Source: an uncultured delta proteobacterium (lineage in GTDB: Bacteria > Desulfobacterota > WTBG01 > CAIYCZ01 > CAIRTM01). Taken from it: a stretch of 64,000 bases of DNA. Made by a program: the position numbers and the translations under genes. Location of the stretch: positions 20,497 through 84,496 of the forward strand of contig CAWDSQ010000025.1 of the NCBI GenBank assembly GCA_963804955.1. Reading direction: 5' to 3'. Of this stretch, positions 1-8,330 are shown in pieces; within the stretch, counting starts at the first letter, position 1, and each line of letters starts with the position of its first letter. The notes under the pieces are model-generated. The model searched no databases, was not told the DNA's origin, and saw only the letters and a list, made by a program, of their open reading frames with translations.

Positions 1-436
1 CAACCGGGCAGGGGCACAGAATATGAATATAGCTTTTGCCCTCGGTCTCCATGGCTTTCTTGACCTTGTCGAACAGATCAAAGGGATAGCTCGGGCAGGC
101 CGTCGCCACATACTTATAGCCCTGAGCAATAGCTACCGCCGGCATTTTCTTTACAATCGCGTCCTCAAGCTTGCCGCCTGCTTCATTGTCAAAGCAGATA
201 ACAACTTCGGCCTTGTCTTTCTTCACCCGCATGATCGATACGGCTGATTTCTTGCCGAAAATATCACATGCGGCAGGTGCTTCCCAGGCAGCCTTCTCAA
301 TTGCGCCTTCAATGGCCTTGTACACGTGACGCACGGCCAGAGAAATGCCGCAGCCCGGGCATGCATTGTTCTTCTTGATATCGAAGTACTCTTTGCACGG
401 CAGGAAATTGGGAACCATCAAACTGTATTTGTCCAT
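1..436 (-). CDS. Degenerate 2-oxoacid:ferredoxin oxidoreductase beta-subunit-like protein (runs off the window edge)
   Basis: Manual translation MDKYSLMVPNFLPCKEYFDIKKNNACPGCGISLAVR...VICFDNEA...KYVATACPSYPFDLFDKVKKA...HILCPCPV has the PorB CPGCG, DNEA, YVAT and PCP motifs; absent from the ORF track because it is open at the edge. Confidence 0.75.
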   Translation of the reverse strand, partial: MDKYSLMVPNFLPCKEYFDIKKNNACPGCGISLAVRHVYKAIEGAIEKAAWEAPAACDIFGKKSAVSIMRVKKDKAEVVICFDNEAGGKLEDAIVKKMPAVAIAQGYKYVATACPSYPFDLFDKVKKAMETEGKSYIHILCPCPV

Positions 437-438
437 GC

Positions 439-720
439 TTAGCCCTCCTGTTCCATGCAGATTACGCCGAACCAGCACTCGCGGTGACAGATGCCGCAGC
501 CCTTGCACTTTTTCTCGTCGGCCTCAAAATACCCATCGGCAGTCCGGTAAACGGCGCCATCGGGACAATACAAATAACAAATGCCGCAGCGGATGCATCG
601 ATCCTTGTCCCACTGCGGAAGCCCGCGGCGCTTGTCGCCGGGACTGAAGGGACTGGCCGTGCCCTTATCGAGCAGCGAGCAATCAACCATCTTGTGTGTG
701 AATTTTGTCGCTTCCAACAC
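439..720 (-). CDS. 2x[4Fe-4S] protein, PorD/delta-subunit-like
   Basis: CIRCGICYLYCPD and CKGCGICHREC motifs; GTG at 720 follows an AAGGAG RBS. Confidence 0.8.
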   Translation of the reverse strand: MLEATKFTHKMVDCSLLDKGTASPFSPGDKRRGLPQWDKDRCIRCGICYLYCPDGAVYRTADGYFEADEKKCKGCGICHRECWFGVICMEQEG

Positions 721-885
721 CCTTCTCCTTTCGATAAAATACATCTTAATAAAAATTTTTAGACACCCGGACCGCAACACCTGTCTCGCTGGGGCACAGT
801 CTCCTTTGCAGCCGGCTGCGCATACTACCCTGCTATCGCCGACAGTACCTGTGGAGACACCATGAGACCCGTTGCCAGGGAAGTC

Positions 886-1056
886 TTACACCTCCAGAGG
901 AGCTTTCATGGGGCAAACCTTCACGCAGGTCTTGCACTCAAGACACAGCTGCGTTTCAACCAGGGCGCGGTCCTTTACGAACTTGATAGCGGTACGAGGG
1001 CACAAATCAACACAACCGCCGCAGCCAACACACTTTTCTCTATCGATTCTTATCAT
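886..1056 (-). CDS. Small 2x[4Fe-4S] ferredoxin (56 aa)
   Basis: Manual translation MIRIDREKCVGCGGCVDLCPRTAI...CLECKTCVKVCPMKAPLEV; AGGAGG RBS upstream; below the ORF-track cutoff. Confidence 0.85.
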   Translation of the reverse strand: MIRIDREKCVGCGGCVDLCPRTAIKFVKDRALVETQLCLECKTCVKVCPMKAPLEV

Positions 1057-1276
1057 GTTTGAGCCTCCTGAATAGACATTAACCCATCAACTCACAAAAA
1101 CTTCCAGGCAATGAAATGAATACTCCCTTTCCCGGATAAAAAGCATTGCAACTCAGCATTAAATATTTGGCCGCTAACCTTTTATGGAATTTTGATTTAT
1201 AACCGCTTTCAGCTCAAATTGTCAAGCTCTTTAGAGGAAAACAGGTCTTTGCAGGAGAAAACAGCTATAAAACAAG

Positions 1277-1302
1277 TTTTGAATATGAATTCAAATTCAA
1301 AA
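1277..1302. promoter_or_regulatory. 26-bp near-perfect palindrome, possible operator upstream of the ferredoxin/por-like genes
   Basis: TTTTGAAT-A-TGAATTCA-A-ATTCAAAA in AT-rich intergenic DNA. Confidence 0.35.
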
Positions 1303-1508
1303 TACTGCTAAAAAAACCGTTCGTCAAGTGGAAAATTGTATTTCAGGAAATATTTCATTCGAAAACACACAGTGAGTTCATTTAACGGGGAACTATTCTC
1401 GTCAGGCAGCATCTCTAATAAAGCAATAAAGTCATTCTACGTGAGGAGCCTACTACCCCCTGGTCCGGGAGCAAGAGAATTATTGCCCGTTGCCGGAAAA
1501 CCAAAGCC

Positions 1509-3413
1509 TTATCGAACAGTCAAGGTCTTGAGCGCTATAGCAAGAACCCGCGGGTCTGCATTATCGGGGAAATGCGCATCAGGCAGTGAAAACTCCAGAA
1601 CATTCTCGCCTGTATGTAAAAGCCTCGGTTTAAATGTACTGCGCACATCGATATCCCACCCCTCAAGTACGTGAGCGCCCAGATCATGATTATTCAGGCG
1701 CATGGCGACAGTCTGCCGCCCCAGAGTGCCAAGCCGCAGTACAAGCTCACCTTCAAAGGCGGCTCTGTTCTGTATTCTGAAAAAAATTTTTGGAAAGTTG
1801 CCCAGCGACCACCTGTGCTGTTCTTCAGCATCAGACCAACTGTAAAAAATAATCTGTGGCGAATCATGGCCTATCTGCTCACCGGGATCAATCATATAGA
1901 TTTCATCCAGCACAGAAGCGCTGTTCATTTTAAAAATCGCCACCCATCTTTTGATCGACCAGAGCTGCGCCCGGGTCATCAAAAAAATCCGTTCAAGCAA
2001 AACGCCCACCCGCGCGTTGCGTATCCGGTTTACGCCGTCTAAAACACTTTCGGCATAGCCTCCCGGCAGCGTTCTTGAAAAATGACCGATTCGCCAGGGC
2101 CGCTGTGCCGGAAGCCGTGCAAGAAACGCATCGGTAAGGGCATCCTTATCAATAATATAAACAGCAGGGCCTGCGTAATACCCCAAAAATCCTATATTGC
2201 TGCGGGTTACCGGCGCACCGCTCCCGGTCTTTTGCAGCGCCCTCCCGTCTTCAGCCCACTGAAAATGAACCTCGAAATCATCTTTTGCCTGTCCGAAAAG
2301 ACTGCAGTCTCTGAAGTAAACGGCTCGCTCGTCTGCAATACCGGTGGCGCGTATAAAATCGGAAGCAGTTCCTTTCTGGGGCACTGCATGAACGTTCAAA
2401 ATGGCTACAAGGACAAGCGCAGCTACCGGCCCGCCAACTCCTAAAGCTCTCCGCGCAGCAAGCGGCAGCGCAGCGGCTCTGTCTGCGATAATTTTTGAAA
2501 TTATTAAAACAGCCGCAACATAATCAGCCGTTAAAAAACGTGCGGACATAAAATCTCCGCCAATCCAGAGCACATAACAACAGCTCAGGGCTATACCGGC
2601 TGCAAGAAATCTGCCCGGACCTCCGGCAAAAAAACCAGCAGCACTACCTGCGGCCATGACCACAAGCAGCACCGGCTCAGAAATCCAGACATCTGAAAAA
2701 TACACGAAGCCCTGACGCAGATAATCCCCGGCAGGAATGCCCGCCCCGAGTTTTGCATAATAGGTGTTGGGCAGGGGGGCACCATAATATATGGTGGAAA
2801 ATACAAGCCAGGCAATCAGCGGCGTCATGCCAAGTATGAAAAATTTTACAGTGCCGGTTTTTCTTTGCTCCCACAAAAGCCACAGAACCCCGGGCACAAT
2901 AAGGAAAAGACTGTCCATGCGATTCAGCAGCATGAGACCTGCAAACAGAAATGATCGACCCGCACGGCCGCGATACGCCTCGGCACAAAATAAAATCAGT
3001 AAAAGATACGACAGTGAATTCTCAAGACCGGACGTGGAAAAGTCCATAAAAGACCGGCTTAAAAGAAGCAGCAGAACGGCAACCACCATCGCGATTTCTT
3101 CTTTTACAAACCTGCAGAGCGCAAAAACCGCAAAAAAGGTGCAGAGAATCCCGGGCACAACAAGAGTCAGAATGGATTTCTTGAGGATGGCATGAGCCGC
3201 AATCAGCAAAAAAAGCCATAGAGGATGGGTAAACACCTGTACCCGCTCAGCCACATTCCAGCGCAACCCATACCCATGCAGCACATTATCGGCGACTCTC
3301 AGGCTGATGTAGGCATCATCACAGACCCAGGCCGTGGGTATCACAACACAGCACACCGTGAAGGCGCACAAAATTGAAATTGAGAGATGCCAGTCGGCTT
3401 TCATTTTATACAA
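1509..3413 (-). CDS. Integral-membrane GT-C glycosyltransferase (AftB-like) with C-terminal soluble domain
   Basis: DDAYISLR..N...G.GLRWN..ERVQ.FTHPLW, TSGLE, PNTYYAK and GGDFM..RF motifs; many TM segments. Confidence 0.75.
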   Translation of the reverse strand: MYKMKADWHLSISILCAFTVCCVVIPTAWVCDDAYISLRVADNVLHGYGLRWNVAERVQVFTHPLWLFLLIAAHAILKKSILTLVVPGILCTFFAVFALCRFVKEEIAMVVAVLLLLLSRSFMDFSTSGLENSLSYLLLILFCAEAYRGRAGRSFLFAGLMLLNRMDSLFLIVPGVLWLLWEQRKTGTVKFFILGMTPLIAWLVFSTIYYGAPLPNTYYAKLGAGIPAGDYLRQGFVYFSDVWISEPVLLVVMAAGSAAGFFAGGPGRFLAAGIALSCCYVLWIGGDFMSARFLTADYVAAVLIISKIIADRAAALPLAARRALGVGGPVAALVLVAILNVHAVPQKGTASDFIRATGIADERAVYFRDCSLFGQAKDDFEVHFQWAEDGRALQKTGSGAPVTRSNIGFLGYYAGPAVYIIDKDALTDAFLARLPAQRPWRIGHFSRTLPGGYAESVLDGVNRIRNARVGVLLERIFLMTRAQLWSIKRWVAIFKMNSASVLDEIYMIDPGEQIGHDSPQIIFYSWSDAEEQHRWSLGNFPKIFFRIQNRAAFEGELVLRLGTLGRQTVAMRLNNHDLGAHVLEGWDIDVRSTFKPRLLHTGENVLEFSLPDAHFPDNADPRVLAIALKTLTVR

Positions 3414-3466
3414 TCCGGCAGGGTATCCCAGACAGATCTACCATACGAGGCACAAGCCATTTTGCC

Positions 3467-3916
3467 TCATTTCACTTCAAGGGTTTCAATCTGCCGCACG
3501 CCGCGAGCAATGATATAGCGCTCAACATCAATGCGCACCAGCACGCAGTCAGGCATATCCAGATGGGCACGCAGGTTTTTGTGGCGTTCGAAATGGCGTC
3601 TTTTGCAGTCTTCAAACTCTTCGGGCAGCACCGTCACCGCCCTGCCTATGCAGGTAACTGCGATGCCATTCGTGAAATCAGGATTTTGCGACGAACGGTT
3701 GTCAACCATGAGAGAAACTTCAGGGTGCTTCAGCATATTGCGGTATTTGCTTGTAAAGCGGGGTGTTGCGATGAGCAGATGCCGCATATCATCCGCTGCC
3801 GTAACAGCCACGATATTGCAGTACGGGTGGTGGTCGGACTGCGTGGCCAGAATGCCCACAGGCTGTGCTGCAAAAAGGCTGCGCACAATAGTGTTCAGGT
3901 TTTCATCGATGCTCAT
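3467..3916 (-). CDS. Pyridoxamine 5'-phosphate oxidase-like FMN-binding protein
   Basis: LAT...PY, T.KYRNM..P.VSL.VD pattern; 149 aa. Confidence 0.75.
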   Translation of the reverse strand: MSIDENLNTIVRSLFAAQPVGILATQSDHHPYCNIVAVTAADDMRHLLIATPRFTSKYRNMLKHPEVSLMVDNRSSQNPDFTNGIAVTCIGRAVTVLPEEFEDCKRRHFERHKNLRAHLDMPDCVLVRIDVERYIIARGVRQIETLEVK

Positions 3917-3940
3917 ACCGGGATCCTCTGCTGTTCAGGT

Positions 3941-4903
3941 TTACACGTGATTCCTCAATTTCAGTTCAATCGGGTGGGGGTTAAGATAATATTGCCCGCT
4001 CAGATATGTCTGGCCGTACTTGCGCACATAATGATTGATGAGCGTCACCGGCACTACAAGCGGCACCAGCTCGCGGCGGTAGCTGTCGATGATCTCAAGC
4101 AGCTCCTGCTTTTCATCGGCGGAAAGATCATTTTTAAAATAGCCCATCATATGCTGCAGCACATTTGTGTGCTTCTTTACCGTGGCCTTAAGCGCAAGGG
4201 CCTCCATGAGAAGCTCGTGATACTGCTCGCAGGTTTGTGCTATGCCGGCTGCCTGCGCATGGGCAACAAGAGGCCCCATGAGCCGGTAGTGCCGGTTGCT
4301 GTGGGCCATGATGAGCAGCTTATGCCGCGTATGAAATTCGACAAGGCCGCCCACGGTTTTTTTCTCCTGCATCGCCCGGCGCAGGCGCCGCAGCACGAAT
4401 ATCCGCTCGATGAAATTTTCCCGCAGCACCGGGTCATGCAGCCGGCCCTCCTCCTCAACCGGCAGCAGCGGAAAATGCTCCATGAAAGCACGGGCAAACA
4501 TGCCGACGCCGCTGTGCGTCGGCATGCCACCCGCGGCGCTGTACACCTTCACGCGCTCCATGCCGCTGCTGGGGGACCGGCTCTTAAAGATATACCCGCA
4601 AAGGTCTTCAGCCTCAAGCTCGTGCACGCGCCTGCGCGCCCAGTCTGTCATCCGGCCGGTATAATCTTTTTTTGTTTTAACCGTTAAAAGACGCGGCGCG
4701 GCCGGGTCACCCACCAGCCGCAGCGCTTCGCGGGGTATGCTCATGCCGCATTCCACTTCGGGGCATACGGGCACGTATTCGACATAGGCGCCCAGCGTGC
4801 GGACAAGAAACTCATCCAGCTTATGTCCGCCGTCGTAGCGCACCATGTTGCCAAGCAGGCAGGAGCTGATGCCGAGCCGTATTTTGCCGCCGAAATCGTT
4901 CAT
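3941..4903 (-). CDS. DUF523/DUF1722 (YbgA-like, 2-thiouracil desulfurase family) protein
   Basis: GISSCLLG..VRYDGGHK, VCPEVECG..PRE, KSRSPSSG, FHTRHK, NVLQHMMGYFK. Confidence 0.9.
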   Translation of the reverse strand: MNDFGGKIRLGISSCLLGNMVRYDGGHKLDEFLVRTLGAYVEYVPVCPEVECGMSIPREALRLVGDPAAPRLLTVKTKKDYTGRMTDWARRRVHELEAEDLCGYIFKSRSPSSGMERVKVYSAAGGMPTHSGVGMFARAFMEHFPLLPVEEEGRLHDPVLRENFIERIFVLRRLRRAMQEKKTVGGLVEFHTRHKLLIMAHSNRHYRLMGPLVAHAQAAGIAQTCEQYHELLMEALALKATVKKHTNVLQHMMGYFKNDLSADEKQELLEIIDSYRRELVPLVVPVTLINHYVRKYGQTYLSGQYYLNPHPIELKLRNHV

Positions 4904-5063
4904 AATGCTCACCTCTTCTGTAAGTATCCGGGCTGACCGCATCCCGTTTCCAAGTCTCCGGGACGGAAACTTTTATGGAGCTTTATTTATTATTATTGAA
5001 ATTTTTTAATTAATAGCAATACTTATTATATATATGATTATCTAACCTTAAAGGAGGTCTGCC

Positions 5064-5600
5064 ATGAACAATGCAGTAAAATGTGCCTGTATTACCGCAG
5101 CATGCATCCTGATCTCAATTGTTTGCTGGAGCCCGGCTCATGCCGCCCCGCTCAAGGAAGGCGACAAAGCCCCCGACTTCACCCTGAAGCAGCAGGACGG
5201 CAAAGACGTGACCCTGTCAAAAGCATGGGAGAAAAAAATTGTGGTGCTCTATTTCTATCCCATGGATGATACGCCGGGCTGCACAAAAGAGGCCTGCGCT
5301 TTTCGGGATCTCAATCAGGATTTTACAAATGCCGGCGCTGAAATCCTTGGCATCAGCGTCGATGACATGGCCTCCCACAAAAAATTTCAGGAAAAGCACA
5401 AACTCCCCTTTACCCTGCTTGCCGACACCGAGAAAAAAGTCACCGGGCTCTATGATGTCAAAAATTTCATCGGCAAGGCAAAGCGCGTCACCTTCGTGAT
5501 AGATTCAAACGGCATTATAAAAAAAATCTATCCCGATGTGGATGTGAGCACCCACGGTCAGGAAGTGCTGACGTATGTGAAAAGCCTCCAAAAGAAATAG
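5064..5600 (+). CDS. bcp: Peroxiredoxin, BCP/PrxQ type, with N-terminal signal peptide
   Basis: VLYFYP.DDTPGCTKEAC motif; hydrophobic leader ending in AHA; AAGGAGG RBS. Confidence 0.9.
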   Translation: MNNAVKCACITAACILISIVCWSPAHAAPLKEGDKAPDFTLKQQDGKDVTLSKAWEKKIVVLYFYPMDDTPGCTKEACAFRDLNQDFTNAGAEILGISVDDMASHKKFQEKHKLPFTLLADTEKKVTGLYDVKNFIGKAKRVTFVIDSNGIIKKIYPDVDVSTHGQEVLTYVKSLQKK

Positions 5601-5621
5601 CCGGCGCTGGAGGATCCGGAC

Positions 5622-6257
5622 ATGAAAGCTGCCCGGGCTTTTTTGTCTGCATATGCGCTGCTGGCGGTGCTGCTGCACGGAACTGCCGCAGCGCATGTGC
5701 CCTATATCGAAAACAGGGACTACACCTTTGAGCAGCCATTCCGCGTCAATGGGTCTGTTGAGAACTCCATCGCCGTCTACGGCTGGCTTGAGAGCGGCAA
5801 TGATACCGACGTGTACCGCTTGGAAATACCGCGGCCGGCGCGCCTTTACTGCAACGCTCTCGTGCCCGTATGCCCGGCCTACAAGCAGTTCCTGCCCTGG
5901 CTGGCTATTGCCGGTCCCGGGCTTGCAGCGCCCGATGAGCCCCTGCCCTTTGCCCTGCCGCAGGGCTATGGAGCCGTGGTAGTAAAAAACATTGAGCCGG
6001 GAGAGCAGCGGCAGCATTTTTATGAGCCCTTCGGCGGCAAGTCGTATTACACTGCCCCGACATTCGACCAGACCGTTTCACAAACCGGAACATGGCACAT
6101 GTATGTATGGGATCCCTCTGGCCGGGGCGGAGACTATGTTGCTGTTATCGGGTTCAAAGAGCGTTTTTCCCTGCTCGATATTCTTCGCGCTCTCATCAAC
6201 ACCCCAAAAATCCGCCTTGACCGGGAGCTGCACACCGATTGCAGAAACGCAAACTAA
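5622..6257 (+). CDS. Hypothetical exported protein
   Basis: 211-aa ORF with signal peptide, directly downstream of bcp. Confidence 0.65.
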   Translation: MKAARAFLSAYALLAVLLHGTAAAHVPYIENRDYTFEQPFRVNGSVENSIAVYGWLESGNDTDVYRLEIPRPARLYCNALVPVCPAYKQFLPWLAIAGPGLAAPDEPLPFALPQGYGAVVVKNIEPGEQRQHFYEPFGGKSYYTAPTFDQTVSQTGTWHMYVWDPSGRGGDYVAVIGFKERFSLLDILRALINTPKIRLDRELHTDCRNAN

Positions 6258-6440
6258 CACCTCTGCACAAGCCCGCAGAGCCATGCGCTCCCGTCCGAAC
6301 AATCCTCGCATATTTTCTCCGGATTAAGCGCTTGCGATTTTTCATGAGCGGCTATACAATGCTGCGAATTTTTATGTCTCTCTACCTGGGGCACGCGCAC
6401 CAGCCATAAGCTTCCATCGAACACATGTGAAGGGAATGTC

Positions 6441-7964
6441 ATGAATAAAAAAACCGGTTTTGACAATGACCTGTATCTCGAAGAGCAGGCCGGCGGGATT
6501 CTCAAGCGTGTCGACATGTTCGACAATAAGCTGTATCTTGAATTCGGCGGCAAGCTTCTGTTTGACTACCATGCGGCGCGCGTTCTGCCCGGCTTTGACC
6601 CGAATGTCAAAATGAAGCTTCTCCAGAGGCTCAAGGACAGGGCCGATATCGTTCTGTGCATCTATGCCGGAGATATCGAGCGGAAAAAAGTGCGGGCCGA
6701 TTTCGGCATCACCTACGACTCCGACGCGCTCAAGCTCATCGACGACCTGAAGGAATGGGGCATCAACATAACGGCCGTTGTCATCACGCGGTTCGACGAT
6801 CAGCCTTCGGCGACAATATTCAGAAACAAGCTCGAGCGGCGGGGCGTGCGGGTGTATGTGCACCGCTTCACCAAGGGCTATCCCACGGACATCGACCTCA
6901 TCGTCAGCGACCAGGGCTATGGGGCAAACAGCTACATTGAAACCAGCAAACAGCTGGTGGTTATCACCGGCCCGGGGCCGGGCAGCGGCAAGCTCGCCAC
7001 CTGCCTCTCACAGCTCTATCACGAGCATAAGCGCGGCCTTGAGGCGGGATACGCAAAATTCGAGACCTTCCCGGTCTGGAACATGCCGCTGAAGCATCCC
7101 GTCAATATTGCCTATGAGGCGGCCACGGCCGACATCATGGACTTTAATCAGATCGACCCGTTTCACCTTGAAGCCCACGGCAAAACCGCGGTCAACTACA
7201 ACCGCGACGTCGAGGTTTTCCCCGTGGTGAAACGGATTCTCGAGCGCATTACCGGCACCGATTCGATATATAAATCCCCGACCGATATGGGCGTAAACCG
7301 TATCGGCTTTGCCATAACCGATGACAGCGTGGTGCAGGAAGCCTCCCGTCAGGAGCTGATCCGCAGGTTCTTCCGGTACAACTGCGAATATGCCATGGGA
7401 TTCACGAACAAGGAAACAGCCCAGCGGGTTGAGCTGCTCATGAATGAGCTCAATGTGAAGCAGGAGGAGCGCACGGTGGTTGCCGCTGCGCGCCAGGCAG
7501 CCCAGGAGGCGATGCAGAAGCAGAAGGGCAATGCGGGCATCTACTGCGGTGCGGCCATAGACCTTGCCGACGGCGGGCCGCCGGTCACGGGATGCAACTC
7601 GCCCCTCATGCATGCGGCATCGAGCCTGATCATCAATGCAATAAAACAACTGGCAGGCATTCCCGACGCCATACATCTGCTGCCGCAGAACATCATGGAA
7701 TCAATCGGCAATTTCAAGATCAATATTTTGAAGGCGAAAACCGCAAGCCTTGATCTGGAAGAGACCCTCATCGCGCTGAGCATCAGCGCCATGACAAACC
7801 CGGCGGCCCAGATGGCCATAGACAAGCTGCCCGAGCTGCGGGACTGCGAACTGCATACGACCCATATTCCCACCCCCGGCGATGAGGCGGGCCTTCGCCG
7901 CCTGGGCATCAATGTGACCAGCGACCCTGACTTTTCGACAAAAAATCTTTTTTTCGTCAAATAG
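6441..7964 (+). CDS. DUF1846 (UPF0371) family protein
   Basis: KLYLEFGGKL..DYHAARVLPGFDP, GPGPGSGKLATCLSQLYHE, YKSPTDMGVN. Confidence 0.92.
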   Translation: MNKKTGFDNDLYLEEQAGGILKRVDMFDNKLYLEFGGKLLFDYHAARVLPGFDPNVKMKLLQRLKDRADIVLCIYAGDIERKKVRADFGITYDSDALKLIDDLKEWGINITAVVITRFDDQPSATIFRNKLERRGVRVYVHRFTKGYPTDIDLIVSDQGYGANSYIETSKQLVVITGPGPGSGKLATCLSQLYHEHKRGLEAGYAKFETFPVWNMPLKHPVNIAYEAATADIMDFNQIDPFHLEAHGKTAVNYNRDVEVFPVVKRILERITGTDSIYKSPTDMGVNRIGFAITDDSVVQEASRQELIRRFFRYNCEYAMGFTNKETAQRVELLMNELNVKQEERTVVAAARQAAQEAMQKQKGNAGIYCGAAIDLADGGPPVTGCNSPLMHAASSLIINAIKQLAGIPDAIHLLPQNIMESIGNFKINILKAKTASLDLEETLIALSISAMTNPAAQMAIDKLPELRDCELHTTHIPTPGDEAGLRRLGINVTSDPDFSTKNLFFVK

Positions 7965-8330
7965 CCGGATAGAAAGCAGTTCAAGGGCGCGAATCTCGAA
8001 TCTTTTCAGGTCGCTTTCGGCAAACGTCGCCGTCGTTGGATCGGACTTCAGGTGTTCAATCCACTGCCGCACGATGGCTTCGGAGCTGTATTGAATGCAC
8101 TACCAACCTGTCAAAAATATACGCTGCATACAATCATCCCCTTTCTCCTCTGGTAATGTCCTGCATTAAAGAGAACTTCAACTTACAAACGTAGCACAAA
8201 AGGGTTCTTTTTCAATTGGGTGAAACCGCCTGCCGTGCGACCTTCCTGCCTCTTCGGCGGGGGCGTCGGTGGCGATGAGAGGGGTGCGTTTCACACCCCC
8301 AGAGCTATGCCTGGAGGCCGGCCGGAAATC

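Noticed and set aside
3374..4687. Long antisense ORFs (437 aa here; also 38554-39480, 48210-49142, 55988-57004)
   Set aside because: They shadow well-supported genes on the opposite strand in GC-rich DNA and have no recognisable motifs.
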